From: an uncultured Allomuricauda sp.
GTDB taxonomy: Bacteria; Bacteroidota; Bacteroidia; Flavobacteriales; Flavobacteriaceae
Assembly (NCBI GenBank): GCA_937884665.1
Contig: CAKZYF010000143.1
Span: 37,779 to 101,778 of the forward strand
Length of the DNA stretch: 64,000 nucleotides
Direction of reading: 5' to 3'
Shown here: positions 9,531 through 18,095 of the stretch, one piece after another
Position numbering within the stretch: the stretch's first letter is position 1
Layout: every line of letters starts with the position of its first letter
Program-made: the position numbers and the translations under genes
The notes under the pieces: generated by a model
Seen by the model: only the letters and a program-made list of their open reading frames with translations
What the model was told of the DNA's origin: nothing
Databases searched by the model: none

Positions 9531-11222
9531 ATGCGTATCGCTTTGTTTGGAATCCTGTTTTCGCTTTTCCAGTCCCTTTTTTCCCAAGAAAAGTATCCCC
9601 AAGAATATTTCCGATCGCCCATGGGCATTCCCATGGTTTTGGCAGGCACCTTTGGGGAACTCCGATCAAACCATTTTCACGCTGGAATAGACATAAAAAC
9701 CCAAAGAAGGGAAGGTTTACCGATTTATTCAATTGCCGAAGGTACCGTTACGCGCATCAAAATTTCCCACTGGGGGTATGGAAAAGCCTTATATGTGGCC
9801 CATCCTTCGGGTCATACCTCGGTATATGCACATCTCCAGAAGTTCGGACCTGAAATTGAAGAATACGTCAAAAAAGCACAGTACAAAAAGCAGTCCTATG
9901 AAATTGAACTTTTTCCGGATTATGGGGAACTAAAGGTTGATAAAGGGAAGGTTATCGCTTATTCGGGAAACTCCGGTAGTTCCGCAGGCCCCCACCTCCA
10001 TTTCGAAATTCGAAACAGTGTCACCGAAAAACCTACCAATCCCCTACTCTATGGATATGAAGTCCGAGATGCTACAAATCCGTCCCTGAACGGACTTTTT
10101 GGATATCCCTTATCCCCAGATGCCGTTATCAAACAGAGCGCTCAAAAAGTTCAATTAAGTTACAGCAAGCAACCAGATGGAAGTTTTTTGGCCGATAAGG
10201 TTTATGCTATTGGGACCATCGGTTTTGGCTTCAACGGTTTTGACCGTCAAGATTTGGCGGCCAATAAAAATGGAGTATATGCCGTTAAGCAAATTGTAAA
10301 TGGAAAAGTATATTCTGAATATGATTTTGAGACCTTTTCCTTTGCAGAGACACGCTATATCAATACCCTTATTGATTACCCCCATTTTGGGAAACACAGA
10401 CAACGCATACAGAAATCCTTTAAGGAATCTTCAAATCGTCTTTCCATTTACAAGACGCTTTTCAACAATGGAAAAATTACCGTAGAGGAAGGACTTAGCT
10501 ATACCGTTGAACTCATCATATCCGACTTTGCCGAAAATGAAATCCGGGTGGTCATCCCGGTGGAAGGGAAAAAAGAGGCAATTCGACAACCTAAAGCTGA
10601 CAACACCACCGAAAACTACATTATCGCCAATAAACCCAATAATTATGATTTGGGAGCTGCCAAGGTCTATTTCCCGGCAAATACGTTCTACAGCGATTTT
10701 TACATGCATCTCGAAAAAGGTACGGACACCGTAACCATTCATGATGATACCGTAGCGGCACATCGGAATTTTACCATAAGTTTTGATGCAAGTCCCTTTA
10801 CACCCTCCGAGCAAAAACAGATGTTCATCGCAAGATTGGATAAAAACAAGGTCCCAAGACATCACAGAACCTACAAACGCGATAACTCCTTTACCACCCG
10901 AACACGAACATTGGGCACGTATACTTTGGCAAAAGATACCGTCGCTCCGGTTATAAAGGCCAGAAATTTTAAAGAAAAACAATGGTTGAGCAACTACAGT
11001 TATCTCAGCCTGGAAATCACAGATGACCTCAGTGGTATTTACAGTTACAAAGGGACGCTCAATGGCGAATGGATTCTTATGGAATATGAACCCAAAAATA
11101 AAACCATCACCTATAATTTCGATGATAAGATACTCAACAAGACGCAATGTGACTTAAAAGTCGTCGTTACTGATAATGTGGGTAATGCAACTACTTTTGA
11201 ACAAACCTTTTTCCGAAAATAA
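9531..11222 (+). CDS. M23 family metallopeptidase with long C-terminal extension, secreted
   Basis: HFHAGID (HxxxD) and GPHLHFE (HxH) zinc motifs. ATG at 9531 gives the signal peptide MRIALFGILFSLFQSLFSQ. Confidence 0.9.
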   Translation: MRIALFGILFSLFQSLFSQEKYPQEYFRSPMGIPMVLAGTFGELRSNHFHAGIDIKTQRREGLPIYSIAEGTVTRIKISHWGYGKALYVAHPSGHTSVYAHLQKFGPEIEEYVKKAQYKKQSYEIELFPDYGELKVDKGKVIAYSGNSGSSAGPHLHFEIRNSVTEKPTNPLLYGYEVRDATNPSLNGLFGYPLSPDAVIKQSAQKVQLSYSKQPDGSFLADKVYAIGTIGFGFNGFDRQDLAANKNGVYAVKQIVNGKVYSEYDFETFSFAETRYINTLIDYPHFGKHRQRIQKSFKESSNRLSIYKTLFNNGKITVEEGLSYTVELIISDFAENEIRVVIPVEGKKEAIRQPKADNTTENYIIANKPNNYDLGAAKVYFPANTFYSDFYMHLEKGTDTVTIHDDTVAAHRNFTISFDASPFTPSEQKQMFIARLDKNKVPRHHRTYKRDNSFTTRTRTLGTYTLAKDTVAPVIKARNFKEKQWLSNYSYLSLEITDDLSGIYSYKGTLNGEWILMEYEPKNKTITYNFDDKILNKTQCDLKVVVTDNVGNATTFEQTFFRK

Positions 11223-13698
11223 CCATAACCACTTTTGGCGAAGCTTCTTTCTGGGATTCCTTTTCTTCATTGTGAAAGCTAATGCCCAAGATGCAAGTAT
11301 TACCGGAGTAGTTTTGGATGAGTCCAAAATTCCCATTTCAGATGTAAATATCATTTCCCAGGACAATGGTATTGGCACTACTACAGATGAGAACGGGTAC
11401 TACCTGCTGCAACTCACTGCCGATGTGAAGAATACAATTATATTTTCGCATGTGGGCCACGAAAAAGTGGTACTCCAAGATTTGGTGCTTACCACGAATG
11501 AGACTTTTGAGTTCAATCCGATAATGAAATCGGGTACCATCCAAATTGCCGGGGTCGATGTTTCGGCTACCGGCGCTAGAAAAGTTGAGGGGATTACCCA
11601 AATTGAACCAGAGATAGCACGAAACCTGCCAGGGGCCAATGCCGGTATCGAGAACATCTTGAAGCTCCTCCCCGGGGTCTCTTTTAATAATGAATTGAGC
11701 ACCCAATATAACGTAAGAGGTGGTAATTTCGATGAGAATTTGGTTTATGTCAACGGAATTCAGGTATACCGCCCCTTTTTAGTTCGCTCCGCCCAACAAG
11801 AAGGTCTGAGCTTTGTCAACAGTGACATGGTCACTGATATCTCCTTTTCTTCCGGTGGATTCCAGGCCAAATATGGCGACCGATTATCTTCCGTCTTGGA
11901 TATCACGTATAAAAGACCCGTAGCCTTCGGTCTTAAGGCAAAGGCCAGTTTTTTAGGGGCCAGTTCCACTCTTGAAACCATTTCAAAGAATAAGAAATTG
12001 ACCAGCGTCACGGGCATTAGATATCGAGACAATAGCCTACTTGTCAACAGCCAGCAGACCAATACCAATTTCAATCCTTCCTTTTTGGATGTACAAAACT
12101 TTATGACCTATCGGTTTTCCAACAGATTCCACTTCAATTTTCTGAGCGCTTATGCGATAAACAACTACGAAAACGAGCCACTGCACCGACAAACCAATTT
12201 CGGAACGCTCAATGATCCAAGGGCATTGATCGTATTTTACGAAGGCCGGGAAACCAATACCTATGAAACTCTTATGGGTGCCTTGAAGGCTGATTTTTTT
12301 GTTAATAAGAATACAAAACTGGATTTTTCCTCATCCCTTTACCATACAAAAGAAGAAGAGTTTTCCGATGTCATTGCTTCTTATGAACTGGGTGAGGTTG
12401 AGACCAATTTGGGCAGCGATAACTTAGGAGGGGTTTCTACATCACGGGGCATAGGGTCACAGCAATCCAGGGCAAGAAACCAGCTGGACGCGTTGATTTT
12501 TAGTATGAATCACGAAGGGCGTTATCAAAAAGGGGGAGATGCCTTGGAATGGGGGGTTCGCTTTACGCACGAAGATTTTAGAGATCAATTGCGTGAAGCA
12601 GAATTTATAGATTCTGCGGGGTTCTTTATTCGGCCCTCTGGACCCGAGTTTATAAACAATCAACCCGAATCTCCTTTTGACCCGGATATCGTTCCCTTTG
12701 AAAGTGCAAGGGCCACCAATTTCGTAAATACCGATAGATGGTCCGGTTTTCTTCAATACAGCAAACAGACCAGCTGGAAAAACAACGCGGTTTACTACAA
12801 TTTGGGTTTCAGGGTGCAACACTGGATATTGCGCGGAGAAGGTTTTGCCCAAAATTCGCAAACACTCTTTAGTCCAAGGGCACAATTTGCCATAAAGCCC
12901 GATTGGAAAAGTGATATTTTATTCCGCTTGGCCATTGGAAGTTACCAACAACCTGCCCTATACCGGGAACTTCGTGATAGTACAGGACAGATTAATCCGA
13001 ACGTTAAAGCCCAAAAAGCAATACACTATGTGGTGGGGAGCGAGCTAAGTTTTAATCTTTGGAACAGACCGTTCACCCTCGTTGGTGAAGCGTATTATAA
13101 AGATTTGTGGGATATTAATCCATTCACTGTAGAAGACGTAAGAATTCGATATGCCGCGGAAAACAATGCGGTTGCCTATGCCGCCGGATTTGACCTAAGA
13201 TTAAGTGGTGCCTTTGTGCCCGGAACGGAATCATGGGTAAGCTTGGGTTTTCTAAAAACCGAGGAAAACAGGAATGGCAGGGGTTTTATTTCAAGGCCGA
13301 CCGATCAACGTTTAAAACTTGCGATACTCTTTCAGGACTATGTGCCTTCCATTCCTAATCTGAGACTGTACATCAATTTGGTCTACAATACGGGAGTCCC
13401 CGGTGGTTCCCCCAACAATGCGGACCCCTACGATTTTCAGAATAGATTAAGAGATTACAGGAGGGCGGATATTGGAATTTCCTATATTTTTGCCAACGGA
13501 AAAATGAGTTATCCAAAAGGACATTGGCTTCATAAAATCAAAGGATTGAGTGCCGGATTTGAGATTTTCAATATGTTTAACAATCAAAATTCCATAACAA
13601 ATACCTTTGTACGCGATGTGGATACCCAACAACAGTTTGCAGTACCCAACTTTTTGACCAGTCGTGTCTTCAACTTGAAGTTTGCCCTGCGATTGTAA
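11176..13698 (+). CDS. TonB-dependent outer-membrane receptor (CarboxypepD_reg-like N-domain, plug, barrel)
   Basis: ITGVVLDE..P...VNI N-domain, plug motif LKLLPGV...YNVRGGNFDENLVYVNG, and beta-barrel-type C-terminus. True start may be TTG at 11197. Confidence 0.88.
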   Translation: MWVMQLLLNKPFSENNHNHFWRSFFLGFLFFIVKANAQDASITGVVLDESKIPISDVNIISQDNGIGTTTDENGYYLLQLTADVKNTIIFSHVGHEKVVLQDLVLTTNETFEFNPIMKSGTIQIAGVDVSATGARKVEGITQIEPEIARNLPGANAGIENILKLLPGVSFNNELSTQYNVRGGNFDENLVYVNGIQVYRPFLVRSAQQEGLSFVNSDMVTDISFSSGGFQAKYGDRLSSVLDITYKRPVAFGLKAKASFLGASSTLETISKNKKLTSVTGIRYRDNSLLVNSQQTNTNFNPSFLDVQNFMTYRFSNRFHFNFLSAYAINNYENEPLHRQTNFGTLNDPRALIVFYEGRETNTYETLMGALKADFFVNKNTKLDFSSSLYHTKEEEFSDVIASYELGEVETNLGSDNLGGVSTSRGIGSQQSRARNQLDALIFSMNHEGRYQKGGDALEWGVRFTHEDFRDQLREAEFIDSAGFFIRPSGPEFINNQPESPFDPDIVPFESARATNFVNTDRWSGFLQYSKQTSWKNNAVYYNLGFRVQHWILRGEGFAQNSQTLFSPRAQFAIKPDWKSDILFRLAIGSYQQPALYRELRDSTGQINPNVKAQKAIHYVVGSELSFNLWNRPFTLVGEAYYKDLWDINPFTVEDVRIRYAAENNAVAYAAGFDLRLSGAFVPGTESWVSLGFLKTEENRNGRGFISRPTDQRLKLAILFQDYVPSIPNLRLYINLVYNTGVPGGSPNNADPYDFQNRLRDYRRADIGISYIFANGKMSYPKGHWLHKIKGLSAGFEIFNMFNNQNSITNTFVRDVDTQQQFAVPNFLTSRVFNLKFALRL

Positions 13699-13704
13699 TG
13701 CAGT

Positions 13705-14361
13705 ATGATGATGAAATCTATTTTTTTTGTTCTCACCGTTTTTGTTTTCTCCGTCACTTCGGCTCAGAAAAATATTTACGAAAACAGAAGGTTTGATGAA
13801 CTTACGGAAAATCACGAAGTGCTGGCCATAGTGCCGTTTATCGCTAACCTCGACCTGGAGCGGGACGTACCTGCTTCGGAGCTCAAAAAACTCGCGGAAA
13901 AAGAGGGATACGCCGTTCAAAATGCTTTGGAAACCTATTTTTCAAAACGAAAAAAACGTAAAAAATTCAATGTGGACTTTCAAAATATCGAGGATACCAA
14001 CGCCATTTTGACCCAAAACCGCATTAGCTACGACAATCTTGATATTTACACAACAAAACAGCTCTGCACCTTGTTAAAAGTAGATGGTATCATCAGTGGC
14101 AACCTTAACCTGAATATCCTGTTGTCCAAAGGTGTGCCAACGGATTTTAGCTTTTTGGATTATTTTAGCGGTGATGCGAACTACGGTAGAATAGGCGTAA
14201 AGGTCAGTGATGGGGAAACCGGTAAGCTTTTATGGAAGTACGAAAAGGCCATCACCAAAAAGACAGGAAAGAATACGATTGAACTTATCGATAAAATGAT
14301 GAAGTTGGCCTCGAGAAAATTTCCTTACGACAAAGAAAAAAAGCGAAAGAAGAAAGATTAA
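13705..14361 (+). CDS. Hypothetical secreted protein
   Basis: Signal peptide ending VTSA-Q, alpha/beta body and basic C-terminal tail. Follows the TonB receptor after 6 nt. Confidence 0.7.
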   Translation: MMMKSIFFVLTVFVFSVTSAQKNIYENRRFDELTENHEVLAIVPFIANLDLERDVPASELKKLAEKEGYAVQNALETYFSKRKKRKKFNVDFQNIEDTNAILTQNRISYDNLDIYTTKQLCTLLKVDGIISGNLNLNILLSKGVPTDFSFLDYFSGDANYGRIGVKVSDGETGKLLWKYEKAITKKTGKNTIELIDKMMKLASRKFPYDKEKKRKKKD

Positions 14362-15506
14362 CCTTCTGCAAATTCTTTGAGTACCTCAACTGCATAATCC
14401 AATTCTTCCCGAGTATTGTATTTTGAAAAAGAAAACCGTAAGGATGGCTTTTCTAATTCCTCTTTTGGTAAAATCTCTTGTAGTACGTGGGACCCCAGAT
14501 CACTTCCCGACTGACAGGCACTTCCTTTGGAACAAGCAATTCCCTTCATGTCCAAATGGAACAAAAGCATGAGTGCTTTTTGTTTATCAAAGGGTAATCG
14601 AACATTGGTCAAGGTATAGGTACTACGGTCCATATCGGCAGAAAGTCCGTTGAATTCCACCTGCGGCAGTGCCTCTTTGAGTTTTGTTACAAAATATAGC
14701 TTTAGCGCCCTTACGTTTTTGGTTTCCTCCTCCAAATTTTCATAAGCTCTGGTAAAAGCTTCTTCAAGTCCAACGATATTGTGGAACGGTTCTGTACCTG
14801 CACGGTATCCTCTTTCTTGGGATCCCCCGAAAATCATGGGTTTCAGTCCTGAATTTTTTCGGATGAACGCAAAACCTACTCCCTTTGGACCATGAAACTT
14901 ATGCGCGGCAGCCGTAAAAAAGTCGATGGGTATTTGGGCAACGTCCCAAGGATAATGTCCTACAGATTGAACCGTATCCGAATGGAAGAGCGCATGATGT
15001 TCGACACACAGACGACCTATCCTTTCAATATCTAAAATATTTCCGATTTCATTGTTTATGTGCATTAAACTTACCAACTTCTTGTTATCAGTGGCTCGTA
15101 ACAGCGTCTCCAAGTGTTCCATTCTGGGATTCCCATCCATATCCAAATCCACAAATTGCAAATCGATACCATACTCTTTTTGAAGTTCTTCGGCAGTATG
15201 TAAGACCGCATGGTGCTCAATTTTTGAGGTAATCAAGGTTTTCACGCCCAAATCTCGCACGGCGCAGCGCAAAATCATATTGTCTGCCTCCGTACCACCG
15301 GACGTAAAAATGATTTCGGAAGGTTGGGCATTCAACGTTTTGGCGATGGTTTTTCGAGCCTGCTCTACCTCGGTCTTCGCCGACCTGCCAAAACTGTGGG
15401 TCGAAGAAGGGTTTCCATAATGGACGCTCAAGGCTTCTTGCATACGCGCAATGACCTCTTCCCGTACCTGGGTTGTCGCCGCATTGTCCAAGTATACTTT
15501 TTGCAT
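14358..15506 (-). CDS. Cysteine desulfurase (IscS/NifS family)
   Basis: VYLDNAATT, FTSGGTEADN, AHKFHGPKG (PLP Lys) and SKGSAC (catalytic Cys). Start set at MQKVYLD (15506) because the longer ORF would overlap the divergent gene. Confidence 0.95.
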   Translation of the reverse strand: MQKVYLDNAATTQVREEVIARMQEALSVHYGNPSSTHSFGRSAKTEVEQARKTIAKTLNAQPSEIIFTSGGTEADNMILRCAVRDLGVKTLITSKIEHHAVLHTAEELQKEYGIDLQFVDLDMDGNPRMEHLETLLRATDNKKLVSLMHINNEIGNILDIERIGRLCVEHHALFHSDTVQSVGHYPWDVAQIPIDFFTAAAHKFHGPKGVGFAFIRKNSGLKPMIFGGSQERGYRAGTEPFHNIVGLEEAFTRAYENLEEETKNVRALKLYFVTKLKEALPQVEFNGLSADMDRSTYTLTNVRLPFDKQKALMLLFHLDMKGIACSKGSACQSGSDLGSHVLQEILPKEELEKPSLRFSFSKYNTREELDYAVEVLKEFAEG

Positions 15507-15530
15507 AGATAAGCTATCATATTCGTATGC

Positions 15531-15538
15531 CAAAAATA
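15531..15538 (-). promoter_or_regulatory. -7 element (TATTTTTG) for cysteine desulfurase
   Basis: Plus strand reads CAAAAATA, 24 nt upstream of the corrected start. Confidence 0.55.
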
Positions 15539-15592
15539 GGAGAATTACGTTAATTTCTTTTAAAGAATTCCTTGCTTTGAAAGGTATTCTTT

Positions 15593-15600
15593 TAAATTTG
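15593..15600 (+). promoter_or_regulatory. -7 element (TAAATTTG) immediately before lipoprotein gene
   Basis: Exact TAnnTTTG ending 4 nt before ATG 15605; TTG at 15572-15574 is a candidate -33 element. Confidence 0.5.
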
Positions 15601-15604
15601 GCGC

Positions 15605-16129
15605 ATGAGAAAGTTTTTACTTTGCCTAATTGGCATGGGGAATCTATGGAGTTGCAGCGATGGGGATTTACAAATAGAAACCATAGATTTTGACAGTGTA
15701 ACACCACAATCCTGCGATACTCCGGTAACCACCTCCACTACAATTCTTTTTAAAATAGATGATGATGAATCGCTAATTCTCGATTTGCAATCCGGTGTTT
15801 TGGACAATGGCGTGGTCGGGGATACAATAACCACGGAAAGTTCGATTCCAAGCCAATCTTCCCTTACCTACCGGATATTTTCTGAAGGTATTTCCACCAG
15901 CTATTTTTGTGATGATATTCCCCCTGCGACTCCCAGTGTAGTGGAAGAAATCCAAGCGCAAGACGGGTTGGTGATCATTGAAACCTTGGCAGATATGGAC
16001 ACTGTCAACTTTGTGCATACCATCAGTCTCAGTGGTATTTCTTTTGTGAACGATGCCGGGGAACGCATCACCAACCTTACCGTAGGAGAATTTGGGGAGG
16101 TCAGTACCGCGGTTCCGGCTGAGAACTAG
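15605..16129 (+). CDS. Hypothetical lipoprotein
   Basis: Lipobox LWSC followed by acidic SDGD; very acidic, Thr/Ser-rich mature part. Confidence 0.75.
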   Translation: MRKFLLCLIGMGNLWSCSDGDLQIETIDFDSVTPQSCDTPVTTSTTILFKIDDDESLILDLQSGVLDNGVVGDTITTESSIPSQSSLTYRIFSEGISTSYFCDDIPPATPSVVEEIQAQDGLVIIETLADMDTVNFVHTISLSGISFVNDAGERITNLTVGEFGEVSTAVPAEN

Positions 16130-16668
16130 CTATTTTGATAAATATAAATCTCAGTAGCGCCCAGACCATATTTTTGGTACTCTGCATCATAAAATTTGAT
16201 GTTGTCGTATTTTTTGAAGAGGTAATGTAATTCTTCTTTTAGCACCCCTTCCCCTACACCATGGATGAAGACCACTTTTTGGATTCGTTTCCGAATGGCA
16301 AAGTCCAGTTGCCGTTTTGCAGTATCCAATTGAAGGTTCAATATATCAAAGTTGGATAAGCCTTTTGTAGATTGGACCAATTGGTGAATATGGAGGTCCA
16401 CTTCCATTTTTGGGGCATTTTTTTCCTTTGGCTTCAACGTATTGGGTCTTTTCCTTCTGGGAATCTCTTTTTCGTTTTTGATTTTCGCCACGTCGTAATT
16501 TGTAACGCTGAGCTGATGGCCTGTTTTGATAAGTTCAGATGTTGAATACCGCATTAAAAAACCATCTTCAAGCTCCACGGTGACCCAATTGCCATCAACT
16601 TCCTGGACCACTCCTTTTAAAGATTCATCCAGTACTTCTACCTTATCGCCAATGACAAAATGGGACAT
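16126..16668 (-). CDS. Smr-domain protein with N-terminal KOW/SH3-like module
   Basis: N-terminus FVIGDKVEVLD...GVVQEV. C-terminal Smr domain with EVDLH and IHGVGEGVLK motifs. Confidence 0.88.
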   Translation of the reverse strand: MSHFVIGDKVEVLDESLKGVVQEVDGNWVTVELEDGFLMRYSTSELIKTGHQLSVTNYDVAKIKNEKEIPRRKRPNTLKPKEKNAPKMEVDLHIHQLVQSTKGLSNFDILNLQLDTAKRQLDFAIRKRIQKVVFIHGVGEGVLKEELHYLFKKYDNIKFYDAEYQKYGLGATEIYIYQNS

Positions 16669-16703
16669 GAATACAGTTTGTTAATAAAATTTAACAGAAT
16701 ATG

Positions 16704-16711
16704 CAAAAATA
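16704..16711 (-). promoter_or_regulatory. -7 element (TATTTTTG) for Smr gene
   Basis: Plus strand reads CAAAAATA in the divergent intergenic region. Confidence 0.5.
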
Positions 16712-16741
16712 ATGGTATTTTTCCCGGTAATTGACAGGAAG

Positions 16742-17059
16742 ATGAAATACCTAACCATTCTCTTACTTCAACACAGTGAACACTACATGCTTCCTTGTCT
16801 AAACAAGAAACTTTTTGGAGTGGATTGTCCCGGGTGTGGATTACAACGTTCGGTTGATTTATTGCTACATGGCCAATTTGTAGCTGCATTTGAAATGTAT
16901 CCTGCGATTTATCCCATGCTTTTGCTCCTTATATTTTTGGGTACCTCATTGTTCACCAAAATTAGACATGCTGAAATTGTCAAATGGTCGTTGATAGCAA
17001 TTACCGTGGGAACCGTTGTAGTGCATTATATCATTAAAATGAATAACCTTTTCAATTAA
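16742..17059 (+). CDS. DUF2752 domain-containing membrane protein
   Basis: PCLNKKLFGVDCPGCGLQRS motif followed by TM helices. ATG at 16742 is preferred over the ORF-track start at 16712. Confidence 0.85.
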   Translation: MKYLTILLLQHSEHYMLPCLNKKLFGVDCPGCGLQRSVDLLLHGQFVAAFEMYPAIYPMLLLLIFLGTSLFTKIRHAEIVKWSLIAITVGTVVVHYIIKMNNLFN

Positions 17060-17070
17060 AATCAATACAA

Positions 17071-17397
17071 ATGGAACAACAAAAACTTCCAAATTCAACA
17101 CTGATCCTGGTATTTGGCATTATTTCAATCGTTACTTGCTGTTGTTATGGGATTCTAGGACTCATTTTTGGAATTATAGCTGTGGTCTTGGCCAACAAAG
17201 CGCTCAAACTGTATGCGGAGAATCCAGAAATGTACGAGGACCCTAAAAATGTAAAGACCGGAAAAATTCTGGCCATAATCGGGATTGTTCTAAATGTCAT
17301 TTATTTACTGATGACGATATGGGCATATTCTTACATTGGTTGGGAAAACATGCAAGACCCGGAAAAGATTCAAGAGCTTTTGGAACAGTTGCAATAA
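17071..17397 (+). CDS. CCC-motif membrane protein (DUF4190/dispanin-like)
   Basis: LPNSTLILVFGIISIVTCCCYGILGLIFGIIA...KTGKILAIIGIVL. Confidence 0.82.
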   Translation: MEQQKLPNSTLILVFGIISIVTCCCYGILGLIFGIIAVVLANKALKLYAENPEMYEDPKNVKTGKILAIIGIVLNVIYLLMTIWAYSYIGWENMQDPEKIQELLEQLQ

Positions 17398-17431
17398 ACA
17401 AAGCTTATAAATAATCCTGTAATTCTTTGAT

Positions 17432-17716
17432 ATGGAAAACAATTCGGGCCTACCACCAAAACCAGATAATTATCTGGTTTGGGCCATTCTTAGCACCATT
17501 TTTTGTTGTTTGCCCACAGGCATAGCAAGTATCATATTTGCCAGTAAAGTAAATGAGGCCTATGCAAGAGGAGAATATGAAGAAGCTGTGAAAGCGGCCA
17601 AGAACGCAAAGACGTGGGCCTTAATAGGTGCCGGTCTTTCCGTTGCGATATGGATCGTATACTTTCTCTTTTTCGGTTTTGCCATTCTTGGAGGACTAGC
17701 CAGTGGAGACTTTTAA
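17432..17716 (+). CDS. CD225/dispanin family protein (IFITM-like)
   Basis: PKPDNYLVWAILSTIFCCLPTGIASIIFASKV...GEYEEAVKAAKNAK matches the CD225 pattern, followed by a C-terminal TM helix. Confidence 0.9.
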   Translation: MENNSGLPPKPDNYLVWAILSTIFCCLPTGIASIIFASKVNEAYARGEYEEAVKAAKNAKTWALIGAGLSVAIWIVYFLFFGFAILGGLASGDF

Positions 17717-18095
17717 AAAACCGTTTCTTTTTATATTGGGAGTACTGCTTGCTTTTGCGGTACTCCTTTTCTTTTTGGTAAATCCAGAAAACCAGCTTTT
17801 ATTTCCAAAATGTCCGATACATCACCATATGGGGATTTATTGCTCGGGATGTGGCAGTCAGCGGGCCTTTCATGACCTACTCCATTTTAGAATTGGAAAG
17901 GTGTTTGGGCATAATTTCCTGTTTCTCCCGTTCCTCGTGATCGTATCGCAGCATGTATTGGCAAAAACCGGTATTTTAAGGCAAAAAAGCCTCCTGAGCT
18001 ACCGATACACCCCAATACTAATCCTGATAGTTGTGATAGTTTTTACTGTTTTGCGGAACATTGGAACCTTCCCTTTTACCTACTTAGCTCCTTAA
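17703..18095 (+). CDS. DUF2752 domain-containing membrane protein
   Basis: PKCPIHHHMGIYCSGCGSQRA motif with TM helices. GTG start overlaps the CD225 gene. Confidence 0.85.
   Translation: METFKKPFLFILGVLLAFAVLLFFLVNPENQLLFPKCPIHHHMGIYCSGCGSQRAFHDLLHFRIGKVFGHNFLFLPFLVIVSQHVLAKTGILRQKSLLSYRYTPILILIVVIVFTVLRNIGTFPFTYLAP

Noticed and set aside
15507-15707. N-terminal extension of the cysteine desulfurase in the ORF track
   Set aside because: It would overlap the divergent lipoprotein gene and both promoters. The family N-terminus begins at MQKVYLD (15506).
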